64,000 bases of DNA from Octopus vulgaris (lineage: Eukaryota): the NCBI GenBank assembly GCA_951406725.2, contig OX597831.1:65720001-65784000 (forward strand), written 5' to 3'. A model generated the notes under the pieces. The model was given only the letters and a program-made list of their open reading frames with translations. It ran no database searches and was not told the origin of the DNA. The first letter of the stretch is position 1. Every line of letters starts with the position of its first letter. A program made the position numbers and the translations under genes. Shown piece by piece: positions 39,684 through 53,354 of this stretch.

Positions 39684-41811
39684 CAGAGCTGGGCGTAAGT
39701 TCGTTAATTAATGAAGTTAATATTTTTGTTATCGATTTAACTTTTAAGTTAAATTTGAAAATCATTATTGCACTAATTAACTTCCATTACACTTAGATTC
39801 CGTTAACTCAAGTCTGTAACCCCAAAATTTCATAAAAACTGGCAAACATTTAAAAGTTTCTATTGTTTTCAGATTATCTTAGCATATTTAATATTGTACG
39901 CATCATTCTTTCAACCCCTTTATAATGCCACTTATTATTATAAATAACTTGTAGGACCTAGTTTGGCCCTGCCTGGATTTGAAACCAAGTCCACCAGCTT
40001 GTTGCTTGCAAAGACAGCGGGGAAAATTTCTAATGTCCTGTCAAGAGGGAACAGGGATTGATATGTTACCACTTGATCTGTGACCTTGGTGAGATGGATG
40101 TTAGAGAAAATATTGACTTCCATAAAGTGGGAAAAATAAATAGAAGGAAAAACAGTTGGTAAATATTTTAGTGTGAATACAAATACCTGTTACATGATTG
40201 CAGGGTATGCTAGAAATAGCAGCCAAATCTTACCTTTTCTGGAAAAAGGAGCTGCTTATGCGTGATTTCAATGTCACATTCGCTGAAAGCATGCAAAAAT
40301 CCTGGAAAAGAAAAAAAGACCTGCAAAACAAAACTCCCTTGGTGGGAAACTTTGAGGTCTCCATCACCCATCCCACTTTTCTTTTCCGGAAAAAAGTGGC
40401 TTGTGGCAGGTTTGGAGATCAGATACGTTGAATACACCTGAAAAAAATGTGGAAAAAAATTATTCCACATTGAGGTATGTAATATTTACGGAAAGAAAAT
40501 CTTGTACTGATTAAAACTGTAATTAATTAATTCAAATTCATGTACCTCATCTTGAAAAGTGGCACAATTTTTGTTGGTTGCCACCTGGGAAAATTTAAGT
40601 AACAAATCAAACAGGTAAGAAGCATTAAGAATTACAATTTTAATGTTTATCCATAAGGTTATTGCTGTTACACCTATTAATTAATTTTACCTGCCCATAA
40701 AAGTAAAATTTACTCAGCAAGATCACCTAAAATTACATAACTATACACCAGTGGTATATAAAGCACCCACTAACAAAATTTCAAATCTGTATGTAAAAAA
40801 TTTACAAAGTCAGAAGCAAATATTGTGGACCTAAAAAATTCAAAATAATGTGAACAAACACTAAAGATGTTTTTAGTGTTTTTTCTTACACATACATAAC
40901 ACAGTCTCGTTCAGTTGGGACTACATGTGTGTTACTTTGACATCATCATTCCATAAAATTTGCTTATGGGGAGAAAAATAGTGAAAAATATCAATAGATA
41001 TATGTGTGAGTGAGAAAGAAACGAGGAGGGAGGGTTAGGGATGTGCTAGAAACAACAGCTAGATCTCCCTTAAATCATAGTTTCCTCTGAAATTATTAAC
41101 AATTTTTTAAAAACCGAAAATGTTTCTCATGGGTTTTAAGTGCATAGTGAAACAGAAATGGCTAAAATCGTTTCAGACAGGGGTGGTGAGGGGGTGGCGG
41201 GATTAAAAAAAAATTTTCAAAATTCTTTTCTTTTTTTTTTCGTGAAAAGATGCCACCCATCATTCTGGTGAAAAACATTGGAAAAAAATCCCCGTCAAAA
41301 TGGAGAAATTCCAACTTATGTGGGCCATCTGTTCTGAAACTTCGTTTTCTAGAAACTCCTCCCCCATCCGTCCTTTTCCCAAACTTTTGCCAACAAATTT
41401 CTTTGTAATCTATATTTTTTGAAAGGTATTTGTATAAAATTTGATTAAAAAATACCTATTTTCCAGAAAGTTATGAGGGGAGAATGTCCGGTTTTGTGAA
41501 TTTTCCGAAACTCCTCTCTCCAACCCTTCAGAAAATATTTTCCAACAAATCTTTACAAACACTCAATCTACAGGATATAGGCGATTATTTGGTGAAAGTT
41601 TCAATAAAAAGTATAAATTTTTCTGGAAATTATGAAGAAACTAAGTTTGTGGGGTATTAAATTGTAGTTATGCCTTTCTTCAATAAAAGTTAACATTAAC
41701 TTCCATTACATTTTCAAAGAATTAAGGGATTAACGATTAACAAAGTTAACTTTTTGGTTAACAGATTGACAATTGACAGAGTTAACTTTACGATTAATGC
41801 TGCCCACCTCA

Positions 41812-41812
<1 letters not shown>
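39684..41812. mobile_element. Non-autonomous DNA transposon (hAT-like), ~2.1 kb
   Basis: Imperfect TIRs CAGAGCTGGGC / GCCCACCTCAG; GTTAA-rich subterminal repeats; ATTAACTTCCATTACA near both ends. Confidence 0.55.
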
Positions 41813-41851
<39 letters not shown>

Positions 41852-42002
41852 GGTATAAGCAATTAAGATTCAAGTGAGTTCTGTTGAATTCACATGAATA
41901 TGGTACTTAACTTGGATGCACCAGAAATCTATATGGTGTTAACCATATGACAAAGTGGGGTGATTATAAATAGGAAAAAAGCAACAAGAATGGATCAATA
42001 TA

Positions 42003-42087
42003 TCGGTACAATTGTTTTGTACGAAGACATCTTTAATAAGGCTACAAAAATTGCAGTAAATATAGGTGACTCGTACTCATCAGCTGA
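42003..42087 (-). ncRNA. Hammerhead mirror copy, core mutated (GAAA to AAAA)
   Basis: Reverse complement of 42343-42427 with CpG-type transitions. Confidence 0.6.
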
Positions 42088-42342
42088 AAAAACATCTGAG
42101 ATTCCCAAACATCAAAGGGGGTGATGTTACACTCGTGAAACATCATGGAAAGTTCTATAAAAATGAGAAAACTAAGAGGTTTTGAAAAAAATTTTTTAAA
42201 AACCTGATATATGACTGTGTAATACTAATAGAACTTTTAGAAACCAATTTGTTATCTAAATCTCATTTTTATAGAACTTTCCATGATGTTTCATGAGTGT
42301 AACATTACCCCCTTTGATGTTTGGGAATCTCAGATGTTTTTT

Positions 42343-42427
42343 TCGGCTGATGAGTACGAGTCACCTATATTTACTGCAATTTTTGTAGCCTTATTAAAGA
42401 TGTCTTCGTACGAAACAATTGTACCGA
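42343..42427 (+). ncRNA. Type I hammerhead ribozyme, canonical core
   Basis: tcgg-CTGATGA-gtacgag..ttcgtac-GAAA-caattg-TA-ccga; palindromic stem III ACAATTGT. Confidence 0.88.
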
Positions 42428-42456
42428 TATATTGATCTATTCTTGTTGCTTTTTTC

Positions 42457-42511
<55 letters not shown>

Positions 42512-42602
42512 TAATCCAAACATGAAAACACAAAGAGAAAACACAACAATGCGAGGACGTGGAACAAATATAGTATTATTGGACGATAAGGAAAGAAGGA
42601 GG

Positions 42603-42637
42603 GTTTAATGTTTCGAGCGGAGCTCTTCGTCAGAAAC
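42603..42637 (-). ncRNA. Minimal hammerhead motif in a cassette at ~42507-42705
   Basis: gttt-CTGACGA-a-gagc(tcc)gctc-GAAA-ca-TT-aaac. Confidence 0.7.
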
Positions 42638-43271
42638 ATAGGGAAAGGAAAGATCCAAAGAAGGGAAGACGGAAGAAAAACAAATCGCCAATGGTGCACA
42701 CGCGGTACATACACACACACACACACACACATTCTTCTGCACTTCCGATCTCTTTCTTGCTTTCTGCTTTCAACACATCTTTCCCTCACTCTCTGTCTCT
42801 ACTGCACCATTCTCTCTTACTCTCTTTCACTCCCTACATTTCTAATTTATTTATCTATAATTCTTTTATCCTTTAATCCTTCTTTCCCAAATGCAACTTA
42901 ATTGAAATTTACCATTAAACCACAGAGTCAGATTCTGAAATTAAACATTTTATTTCAGTCTTGTAAACCTTATTATACTGTGTAGTTGCTCAGCCTGTTA
43001 AAAATAGCAGTCAAACCTGCTACATTAAAAAATGTAATCCAAGATAACTTTAAACAGACAAGATGGACACAATTGGATTGCTTTTAACTGCTTGATAACT
43101 GATGCTGGTATATTTATGTCCTATGACTTAGCTGTTTAACAAAAGAGACTGATAAAATAAGTACCAGGCTTTAAAAAAAAAGGGAGAGTTTACGAAAAAA
43201 ACAAAACACGAAGACAGGTGGTGTACAAAACAAACAGATGTATTAGTATAACGCTCAGGAATAGAAAAAGT

Positions 43272-43307
43272 CTTTTATGTTTCGAGCCTATGCTCTTCTA
43301 CAGAAAG
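43272..43307 (-). ncRNA. Minimal hammerhead-like motif (A6 to U) in a cassette inserted in a SINE A fragment
   Basis: cttt-CTGTAGA-a-gagc(atag)gctc-GAAA-ca-TA-aaag; SINE A pieces at 43095-43180 and 43405-43500. Confidence 0.55.
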
Positions 43308-44061
43308 GGACACAGAAAAAACAAGGAGAGAAAAAAAAATGTGTGTAGTGGCTAATGATCTATCATGGCGACTTGTGCTGGACAGAAGGGTCAAACACAC
43401 ACAAAAAAATACTGGTGTCAATTCATTTGACTAATAATTCTTCAATGGTGGTGCCCCAGCATGGCCATGGTCTAATGACTGAAACAAGTAAAAGATAAAA
43501 GATATTTGATTGATGATCACTTCTTCATGCTTCCATATCATGCTTCCATATCTGCATATCTTTACTATGTAGTTTTTGTTTGTGGTTGTTCAAAAACAAT
43601 TTGGAACCTAGTTGAAAAGCTTTTCTTTGCAAATGCTAAAGTATTGTTATCTTAATACTTGATGATAACACTATTGAAATGTCAGATTATTTGAAACAAA
43701 TTTCCAATATTTTTCTTTAAGTCCAATATTCCCACTGAGCAGTGTCTCAAGACAGTTTCTTTAACATGTGAATTCAAGACAGCTTTGATATGTTGTTTCC
43801 TTGTCAAATCTGCTGAATACAATCTTTATTGATAGTCTTAGCTGTTTTTTTCACTTATTGTTTGACTGGTTTACATAGTGATACAAATTAGTTTCAGTAT
43901 TAGACTTAACAGAAAAGTAATAATGTCACAAAGAATGCTAAAAATGAATGGCCTTTGTCTCATCAGCATAGTTTAGATGGAGGTGAGGTGGGCTTGGCAT
44001 GAATCAGCAATCACAAAAATGTCAGGTTTTGTCAGTATTGTATAAGGGTCTTGATTTAATA

Positions 44062-44243
44062 CCTTTTGCTTGTTTAAGCCATTAGACTGTGGCCATACTG
44101 GGGGCACCACCTTGAAGAATTTTTAGTTGAACAAATCGACTCCAATACTTATTTTTTATTTTTAAGCCTGGTACTAATAATACTGGTCTTTTTTCCTGAA
44201 TTGCTAAGTTACAGGGATGTAAACACACCAACACCAGTTGCAA
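44062..44243 (-). mobile_element. SINE A 3' part (5' part at 46361-46516)
   Basis: Homology to 3904-4310. Confidence 0.8.
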
Positions 44244-44841
<598 letters not shown>

Positions 44842-44898
44842 TTTAGTGTAGGAAGAAATGGAGCTGAACGAAGATTTAACAAAATTCCTTTTTATTAT

Positions 44899-44980
44899 TT
44901 TCTACATATGTTTCAAAGGCTGCAAAGTCCCTAATTCGGATTGAATAAGGAGACCATTTTGCGGCCTTCTCTTCAGGAAA
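44899..44980 (-). ncRNA. Type I hammerhead ribozyme, canonical core, cassette 44842-45047
   Basis: tttc-CTGAAGA-gaaggccgca..tgcagccttt-GAAA-catatg-TA-gaaa; palindromic ACATATGT. Confidence 0.85.
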
Positions 44981-45224
44981 ATCCAGGAACTTAATTCTCC
45001 AACAAAATGCACAGCCAGCTTTTTGACAAATGCTCGCGAGGAGCCCATGTATATATATATATATATATTTCATTTTGAGATTTGGTTTTCAAGATTCTTT
45101 ATGTAAGTTCGTGTGCTGAAGCATATTCTGTTGTGTCGGGGGGGGGGGGGAGTCATTTTCTTTTTGTGCCTTAGAATTTAACACTCACCGGTAAAATTTC
45201 CACTTATTTCTTATTTTTATTTTC

Positions 45225-45261
45225 CTAAAATTTTCGTTGTGTCTTGCAACCTTTTCAATAG
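45225..45261 (-). ncRNA. Hammerhead motif, U3-A8 variant, cassette ~45070-45300
   Basis: cta-TTGAAAA-g-gttgc(aagac)acaac-GAAA-at-TT-tag. Confidence 0.5.
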
Positions 45262-46049
45262 TCTTGACTCTCCGTTATTTACACTGCGTTCCTTTTTGTT
45301 TGTTGGTGCGCATGTGTGTGGGTCAGTGTGTGTGTGTGTGTGTGTGTGTGCCTATGCATGCATGTATGTATGTATGTATGTATGTATGTATGTATGTATG
45401 TATGTATGCATGTGTGTGTATGTATACATGTGTGTATATGTATACATGTGTGTGTATGCATGTGTGTGTATGTATACATGTGTGTGTATGCATATGTATA
45501 TATGTATGTATGTGTGGGCAACTGTATGTATGTGTATGCAACTGCATATTCATGTGTTTTCATGTCCGTGTTTGTGTATTTTCTATGTATGTGTGTGTGT
45601 GAGCATGTGTTTGTATATTTGTATATGTATGTACCGTGTGTGTGTGTGTGTTTTGCAACTATGTACCATGTTTGTATGTATGGATGGGCATCTCTATATG
45701 TGTGGACCCATGTCTCCATATGTGTCCTTGTGTGGAGTAAAGTGTGTGTGTATATATGGTCATGTGTTTCAGTCTCCATTTGCGTATGTGTGCTTGTCTG
45801 CTCATATAACCTATGTACCTATCCGTCTGTATGTTGATCTGTTTATTTTCATATCCATATGCTTTCATACATATTCATACTAATAGGAAATATACATAGT
45901 AGATATCATACCTCTATACCCTCAGTTTACACAGGTAGAGTAGAATAGATAGTGGGCTGTTATGTAGATAGATGTAGGTATGTGTGTGTGTGGGTGTGAG
46001 TGTGTGTGTGTCACTTCTATACACACACACACACACATCTATATATATG

Positions 46050-46347
46050 TGGAGGCGCAATTGCCTAGTGGTTAGGGCAGCGGACTTGCGGTTTCGATTC
46101 CCAGACCGGGCGTTGTGAGTGTTTATTGAGCGAAAATACCTAAAGCTCCACGAGGCTCTGGCAGGGGGTGGTGGCGATCCCTGCTGTACTCTTTCGCCAC
46201 AACTTTCTCTCACTCTTTCTTCTGTTGGCCTGCTCGCTTAGCCAGCGGTATGGCATCATTTGAAGGCTAAAACAATGTGATGCGCATTGTGACCAGCGAT
46301 GTGTAGCAACATCTGATAGCCTGGTCGGTCACGGTGATCACAGTGAT
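46050..46347 (+). mobile_element. SINE family C
   Basis: Family C head; CACGGTGATCACAGTGAT tail. Confidence 0.85.
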
Positions 46348-46360
46348 ATATATATATATA

Positions 46361-46516
46361 TACAATGGGCTTCTTTCAGTTTCTGCCTATGAAATCCACC
46401 ACCCACAAGGCTTTGATTGGCCAAGTGGAAGACACCTACCTAAGGCGCCGTACAATGGGACTGAACCTGGAACCATTTGATTGGGTAGTGAGCTTCTTAC
46501 CACACAGCCATGTCTG
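46361..46516 (-). mobile_element. SINE A 5' part
   Basis: GGGACTGAACC..CTTACCACACAGCCA. Confidence 0.8.
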
Positions 46517-47617
46517 TGTCTAATATTTGGAATTATATAATAGATTATAGTGGATCTTTAGTTTGCATTTTATTTCCTTTTAGGGTTTTCTTATATGTTT
46601 TTGTCAAAAACGTTGGGAATATCTTAGGGAAATATTAGCGAATGGCTTGTGTTTCTTTGTGTAACTTGAAGCTGAAATATGGCTGCTGATTTGTGCATTA
46701 TTTATTTTGCTATAACACTCACATACACTATAATACATATCTTTAGCATCATTGCTGTCATCATCATCACCCTCTACTGTGAATATAGTGAATATGTGTG
46801 TGTGTGTGTGTTTGTAGGTATTATATTTATGAACTTGACATTGACATCAATTAATATAAGTACCGATTACAAGATATATCAAGTTGAGTGTAATATAATC
46901 TGCATATTTATTCAAGAATCCTCACAGGGAAATTAGTGTTCCACAAAGTAAAGCTGATTAGTGAAGGAAAATAAAATTTGTTTTCTTTGACAATCATCTT
47001 TGTCTTGTCAAACAGAATTATTGCTGTAAGGATTCTTGAATTTAATCTGCAAATGATACATACATCCACACATAAATACAACCATCTGTGTATCATACTA
47101 AATGTATGACACATACCATCAGAGGGCATGAGTCTGTGCAATTGTCTGAGATAAACTGTTTTCATAGACTTGAATAATAACACAATACATATCAGAGCAA
47201 CAACAACAGATGACTTGCAAGAACAACAGATGCTTTTCACCTTTCTATGAAGAGATTTTTATCTTAGACAATTCCACAGAATTATGTTTCTAGTGGTATA
47301 TACAAGTTTAGTATGAACCGCAAAAGAAACGCGATTTTTTCAAATGTCATTTTTATATGGTAAATACTGAAAATTATTTCAGGCGTGTAAGTGTAAATAT
47401 TCCAAGACATGCTGGTTTATGGCTGAGACCCAAATTGCAGGTAACCTTTCAGCTTTCCCTGAAATGAGACGCCAAAGTGCAGCTGTACTGAATGTCGTGG
47501 GTGGCAGTCACAAACAATTGTCATGGAAACTGAAATGCATGTGCATTTTGTGAAGGTATGGGTATAAAAGTCAACTTGAAATGTGTTCCTGGCATTCTTA
47601 ACTTGGACGCATCAAGT

Positions 47618-48092
47618 ATGACCCGATTGTCAGCAGCACAGAGAGAACACGCTATTGGCTGATTGCAAGCAGAGCAGCATGCCCTGGTTGTTGCAAAAGC
47701 TTACAATGTTGATGTCAGCACCATCTATCGCCTGCAACAGCACTGCACTGCAGAACGTGCCTGCGGAGGGCGCCCATGGGTGACCACGCCCAGGCAGCTC
47801 CACTTCATCCATCGGCAACACTTCCATGATCACTTCAGACCAGCCAACACAACAGCTCGTGGGACCATTCAGAACCATGCCATGGCTGCCTCTCAGCCCG
47901 GATTTGAACCCAATTGAACACCTGTGGGATGAAATCCAGAGATGGCTGAACCAGGTGGTCTCAAGGAACTGGAGGCAGCTTTCCTCAGGGTGTGGACACA
48001 GGTGCCAATAGCTTTTGTGAACCACCTCATGCAATCCATTTACCGATGGTGTATGGCCATTTGGAACACCCAGAGAGGGTATACACGATGTA
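47618..48092 (+). pseudogene. Tc1 transposase relic, internally deleted
   Basis: MTRLSAAQREHAIG*L..VSTIYRL; GRPWVTTPRQ; SPDLNPIEHLWDEI. Confidence 0.88.
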
Positions 48093-48310
48093 AACACAGT
48101 AGCACTGGTTGTCAAGTGGTGATGGGGAGGACAAACACACACACATACACATATGATGAGCTTATTTCCTTTTCTGTCTACCAAATCCACTGACAAGGTT
48201 TTGGTCAGCCCGAGGCTAAAGTAGGAGACACTTGCCCAAGGTGCCACATAGTGGGACTGAACCCAGAACCATGTGGTTGGGAAGCAAGCTTCTTACCACA
48301 CAGCCCCACC
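48085..48310 (-). mobile_element. SINE A 5' part
   Basis: Homology to 3904-4310. Confidence 0.85.
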
Positions 48311-49073
48311 AATTTTATACAAATATTTTTTATGAACTTTGAGAGAATGTGAAATGATTTTTTTTAATGATATAAATAATAGTGTGTAAATATTGCATTA
48401 AAACCATTTTGGATAAAGTTGACTAATACCAATACCAAAACCAGAACAACCAATATTGCCAAAAACTACCAACCTACCAACATTTGAATTATGGACTGAC
48501 AACAAGAGCAGTATCAGCATGGTGAAAATAACTGTAGCTACATATGTTGTAGTACATCTACACACTAACATGTGTGTGTGTACGTGTGTGCATGCATGCA
48601 TGTGTGTGTGAGATTTTATGGCTCAAATTGGAGACAGAAAGGGTGAAGTGCCCATGAAGCTGGTAAACCTTCAACTAACTGTAACCAAACTTCTTCCACT
48701 TCATCTCATTTCCATATTTACATCCATCGGAATAAAACAACAATATTTTACTCTCACCATACATATTTGTTGTGGATTATTGTTGATCACCACCGCTGTC
48801 AGATTTACCTAAAATTCAAGATGTTTGGGTAGAAACCAGCAAGAGGAACTGAAGGCAGCAGTGCATAAAAGAACAGTAAAAGGATTATATTGGATATTAA
48901 CTTTGATGTTGTAAAAAGATTTGATGTTGGAGAATAAACTCTGCCACTTTGCCAAAACATTAAAGTTTGCGATATCTAAATGGAAATAATTAATACATGA
49001 CAATATGGAGAAAATAAAGTACTGAAGAAGTTATTCCATTAATTACTTGGATCTTATATTTTCGTAGATCAAG

Positions 49074-49306
49074 AAGGCGGCGAGCTGGCATAAATGTTCG
49101 TCAACCGGGTGAAATGCGTAGCCATATTTCGTCTGTCGTTACGTTCCGAGTTCAAATTCCGCCGAGGTCGACTTTGCCTTTCATCTTTTCGGGGTCGATA
49201 AATTAAGTACCATTTACGCACTGGGGTCGATGTAATCAACTAAATCCCTTTGTCTGTTCTTGTTTGTCCCCTCTGTGTTTAGCCCCTTGTGGGTAGTAAA
49301 GAAATA
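49074..49306 (+). mobile_element. SINE family B, full length
   Basis: AAGGCGGCGAGCTGGCA head through GTAAAGAAATA tail; TATTTTCGTAGATC duplicated on both flanks. Confidence 0.92.
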
Positions 49307-49384
49307 TGTATTTTCGTAGATCTAATATAATACTTAAAATGGGATGGCTCTGGAGTGTATGAATTGAAGATGGAATTTGACATA

Positions 49385-49612
49385 CTGTGCCAGTACCGCC
49401 TGACTGGCCCCTGTGCCGGTGGCACGTAAAAAGCACCCACTACACTCTCGGAGTGGTTGGCATTAGGAAGGGCATCCAGTTGTAGAAACTCTGCCAGATT
49501 AAGACTGGAGCCTGGTGCAGCCATCTGCTTTGCCAGCCCTCAGTCAAAATCGTCCAACCTATGCTAGCATGGAAAGCGGACGTTAAACGATGATGATGAT
49601 GATGATGTGATG
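49385..49612 (+). mobile_element. RTE-related (GAT)n-tailed element
   Basis: Homology to 32444-32729. Confidence 0.88.
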
Positions 49613-49619
49613 ATAAGCA

Positions 49620-50200
49620 TGATGGAAATTTTTTAAAAAGTCAAAAAGTTTGTATGATGAAGTACTGAAAAAAGGTGAAATTTCTAATGGAAAATCTGTG
49701 ACTAAAAAAAAAAAAAGACTGGTTCGAAAGGTGTGAGAAGTGTTTTAATTTGTACAGCATAAAAATGACAGGTGAAGCTGCCAGCACTGATACAAAGAAT
49801 GATGCTAATTATCCTTAACAGCTGAAAAAGTTTTGCTGAAGGAGACTGAACATCAGAGCAGGTATACAGGTTAATGAAAATGCACTTATCTGGAAGGTTA
49901 TGCCTGCTTTAAGCTAAGTTCATTTTTCACCATGAGAAGAAAAATCAACATCAAGACTTAAATTTTCCAAAAATCTCTGATGATTCTTCTATGAAGTTAA
50001 AACCCCTTCTTGTGTATCATTCCAAAAGACCATGGGCTTTGAAGAGTTATAGAAAATTAAGGATTTAGCATTTAAATCAGAAGACATAGATAACTAAGAG
50101 CTTTTTCAAAGAGTGGGTCACATACACTTCTGTCCTGCTGTAGAAAGGTACAGGGCCAGACACAGTATTTCTAACAAAGCACTGCACTCTTTAGACAATG
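49620..50200 (+). pseudogene. pogo/Tigger-like transposase relic
   Basis: KMTGEAASTD; NENALIWKVMP; KLKPLLVYHSKRPWALK; LDN. Confidence 0.65.
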
Positions 50201-50909
50201 TCACTCAATGAATTTAAATAAGCTTCTTGCGTACTTTATTTTCTCTATATTGTCATGTATTATTCCCATTTCGACGGGCACTTTAGAAGAAGGCCTGCCA
50301 ATTTTTTTCCTGATAAGAATGTTAGTCGGGAAATTACTGTAGGAGTCTGTAATAAGTTCAGTTGAAACACTGAGCTGCACAAAGAGATGCTGCATCATAA
50401 ACATGAAGTGCCATAAACTTCAAGGAATTTTGAATTAAAATCTTCACCCCTCAATTAGATGTCGATTAAACTGAACTACTAAATAGAAGACAGTGTTTCT
50501 CATCCACACACTAACTCATTACAAAACCACTTTCTCTCACAGAGTAGTCAACATCTTTTGCAGGTGAAACCTACTTTATTACAATATTACAATTCATATT
50601 TAATCTCTAATGCAGTTTTCTTTTCAAGTGTTTTCATATTTATTGTACTCTGCATCTTTAGAAGTTGCTATTTTCTGGCATCAAAGAGGTATCACTTCCA
50701 TTAGTGGGTTTTCTTTTGTGTGTGTGTGAGGGTTCTTTATTTTCCTTCTTGTTTCGAAAACAAATCTGTTGAAATACTTTATAACTTTATAACTTGAAAG
50801 TCAATGAGAAAATAATTTTATGCTATGAAATTTTGTGTTATGACAACTTTTTCAAGAATGCATTAATCCCATAACATGGTGGATTCTTATATGTACAGAT
50901 GCAGGTCTC

Positions 50910-50981
<72 letters not shown>

Positions 50982-50999
50982 TATATATATTATTATTAT

Positions 51000-51256
51000 T
51001 TGAGGAAATATAAATCCAAACTTACAGGGAGAAAATTCAATTTAGAAATACTAAATCAAATTTCTCACAATGTAATATATATATAAAAAATTAGAAAAAA
51101 CCCACCTTTTATCAATTCAAAATGAACAATTAAATTACACCATCCAGAAAATTACATATATTAGAAATATAAAAAAATTTCTAATTTATGTAATTTTCTG
51201 GATGATGTAATTTAATTGTTCATTTTGAATTGATAAAAGGTGCTTTTTTTCTAATT
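51000..51256 (-). mobile_element. PLE-like terminus (CCAAACTTACAGGG family) with inverted duplication
   Basis: Arms 51089-51158 / 51187-51256. Confidence 0.7.
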
Positions 51257-51280
51257 ATATATATATATATATATATAGAT

Positions 51281-52020
51281 ATACAAAATTTAAAGGACTG
51301 ACCACTAAAAGTGGATGGTCAACATGCTAGATATAGACGTCAAAATCGCTATTTTCCACAAAGAATGTGTTCTCCAATAAAAACTCAGCACCAACCAAAG
51401 TGTTAAAAATAAGCAAGACAAATGAAAATATACGAAATCAAAAACGATTACCTGTGTACTGATCAGTTTCAATTGTTAATATCCACGCATATGGATACAT
51501 GGAAATCTGCAATCTCGTCAGCATAGTCTGTCGTATAGAAATACAATTTGCAGGACTAGATACAAAAACGTTTGACCAGAGTCTCGCATGCATAGAGTCC
51601 AACAAATTATATTTATGTGTATCCTTCAAATGCCTTCACTTTGGCGCACTGAGATCGGAAATCTACCCTGCAGTTAATAAACTGCAGCAGTCAATTTACC
51701 GGCTAGAGAACATTTTTTATTATTTAAAATTTAATAAGGGTAGAAATTGATATTACTCAATTAAAACCAGTGGCCTAGCATATTAAAAAAATCCGAAGAT
51801 TAAAATATTTTTACATACAAAATTTAAAGGACTGACCACTAAAAGTGGACGGTCAACATGCTAGATATAGACATCAAAATCGCTATTTTCCACGAAGAAT
51901 GTGTTCTCAAATAAAAACTCAGCACCAACCAAAGTGTTAAAAATAATAGATTTCCGATCTCAGCGCGCCAAAGTGAAGGCATTTGAAGGATACACATAAA
52001 TATAATTTGTTGGACTCTAT
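51281..52020 (-). mobile_element. PLE/retrozyme-like cassette: ~534-bp unit plus partial tandem copy plus inverted piece
   Basis: Direct repeat 51281-51412 / 51815-51946; inverted 51592-51665 / 51947-52020; AT tracts on both sides. Confidence 0.85.
51452..51526 (-). ncRNA. Type I hammerhead ribozyme, canonical core
   Basis: ctatg-CTGACGA-gattg..caatt-GAAA-ctgatcag-TA-cacag; palindromic ACTGATCAGT. Confidence 0.8.
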
Positions 52021-52264
52021 ATATATGTATATATATATGTGTATATATTTATACCATTATATATATATGTGTATACATGTGTGTATATATATATATGTAT
52101 ATATTAATGTATAAATGTATAAATGTGTATATTTATTTATATATGTGCATATATATGTGTGTGTGTATATGTATATATGTGTGTGCGTTCATATATATGT
52201 GTACATGTACATATATATGTGTGTAGAAAGAAGACTGTTGTATATATGTGTATATATGTGTGTG

Positions 52265-52289
<25 letters not shown>

Positions 52290-52295
<6 letters not shown>

Positions 52296-52440
52296 TCATA
52301 CCCCCACCATTGCTTGACAAGTAATGTTGCTGTGTTGACGTTCCCCTAACCTAGCAGTGTTCAGCAAAAGACAGTGATAGAATAAGTACGAGGCTTACAA
52401 ACGATAAATCCTGTGGTCGAAATTTTCGACCAAAGGCAGT
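52290..52440 (+). mobile_element. SINE A 3' part
   Basis: Homology to 3904-4310. Confidence 0.75.
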
Positions 52441-52816
52441 GGATAGTTTTGAGGCAACTCAACTTTAGGTTTTGCTTCCAAGTTGGGAATCTGTCTCTAA
52501 TTAAACTATAAGAAGTAGGTCTTTGATACACAAGAGTTCCCAAGGATAGCCTGTTTTTAATTTCTCTGTTATGACCTGGAGGATTATAATAAACAGAAGT
52601 AGACTCAGAACTGAGCCCTGGTGTACAACAACCTGCATGACAAAATTTCTCCTTGAATTTGTTAACTTTCAGCTTGCGGATAGAACTGGTAAGACTTTAA
52701 AAGTCATTCATCTATCCTTAGTGAATGTACATGTATGCATTCATAGACAAACACACACACACACACACAGACTCTCTCTCTTTCTCTTTGTTTCATACAA
52801 ACATTTAAAAAAATTA

Positions 52817-53354
52817 CTTGCACTATGACCCAGCAACGCCGGGTCATAGTGCTAGTGCATGCATATACAGCTGCGTGCGTGCACACATACACGCAAGTAC
52901 TGTCCAAATCTCTGACCAATCACATACAGCTAGCTGGCATTCAATTGGCATATCAAGTTTTGGGCATTTTGATTGGGTTTTGGATAGAAAATTCACAAAA
53001 AAGTCACTTCTATTGATTTTTTTTAATGTCTTTGCGGAGTGACTGGGCACTATTTGTTCATTGTATTGGACAAACATTTTCATTTCATTTTTCATTTCAT
53101 CTAGTTTCAGCTCACGAGCTGTGGCCATGCTGGGGCACCGCCATTAACATGTTAACTTTTAACACCTGTTTTCATTTCTACCAGTCTTCTTTTGGCTCCT
53201 AAAATCCATTTCCATAATTCTGCTTCACTTGTCACTTTTGGTCCTTGGACGGTTTTGAATGACCATAGAAAGTGTGAGCCCTCTAACTGAAAAATTGTGG
53301 ATTTGTATAAAGGACACACACAGAGACATTTTGCCGTTTATATATATATAGAGA
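52817..53354 (-). mobile_element. Helitron-like element copy 2 with a ~200-bp foreign insert
   Basis: A|TC start at 53354; hairpin GCACTATGACCC/GGGTCATAGTGC; CAAG|T end; homology to 476-746. Confidence 0.8.

Larger units (their letters stand above)
41851..42465. mobile_element. PLE-like cassette with ~205-bp inverted arms between two (AT)n tracts
   Basis: 41965-42168 versus 42261-42465. Confidence 0.85.
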
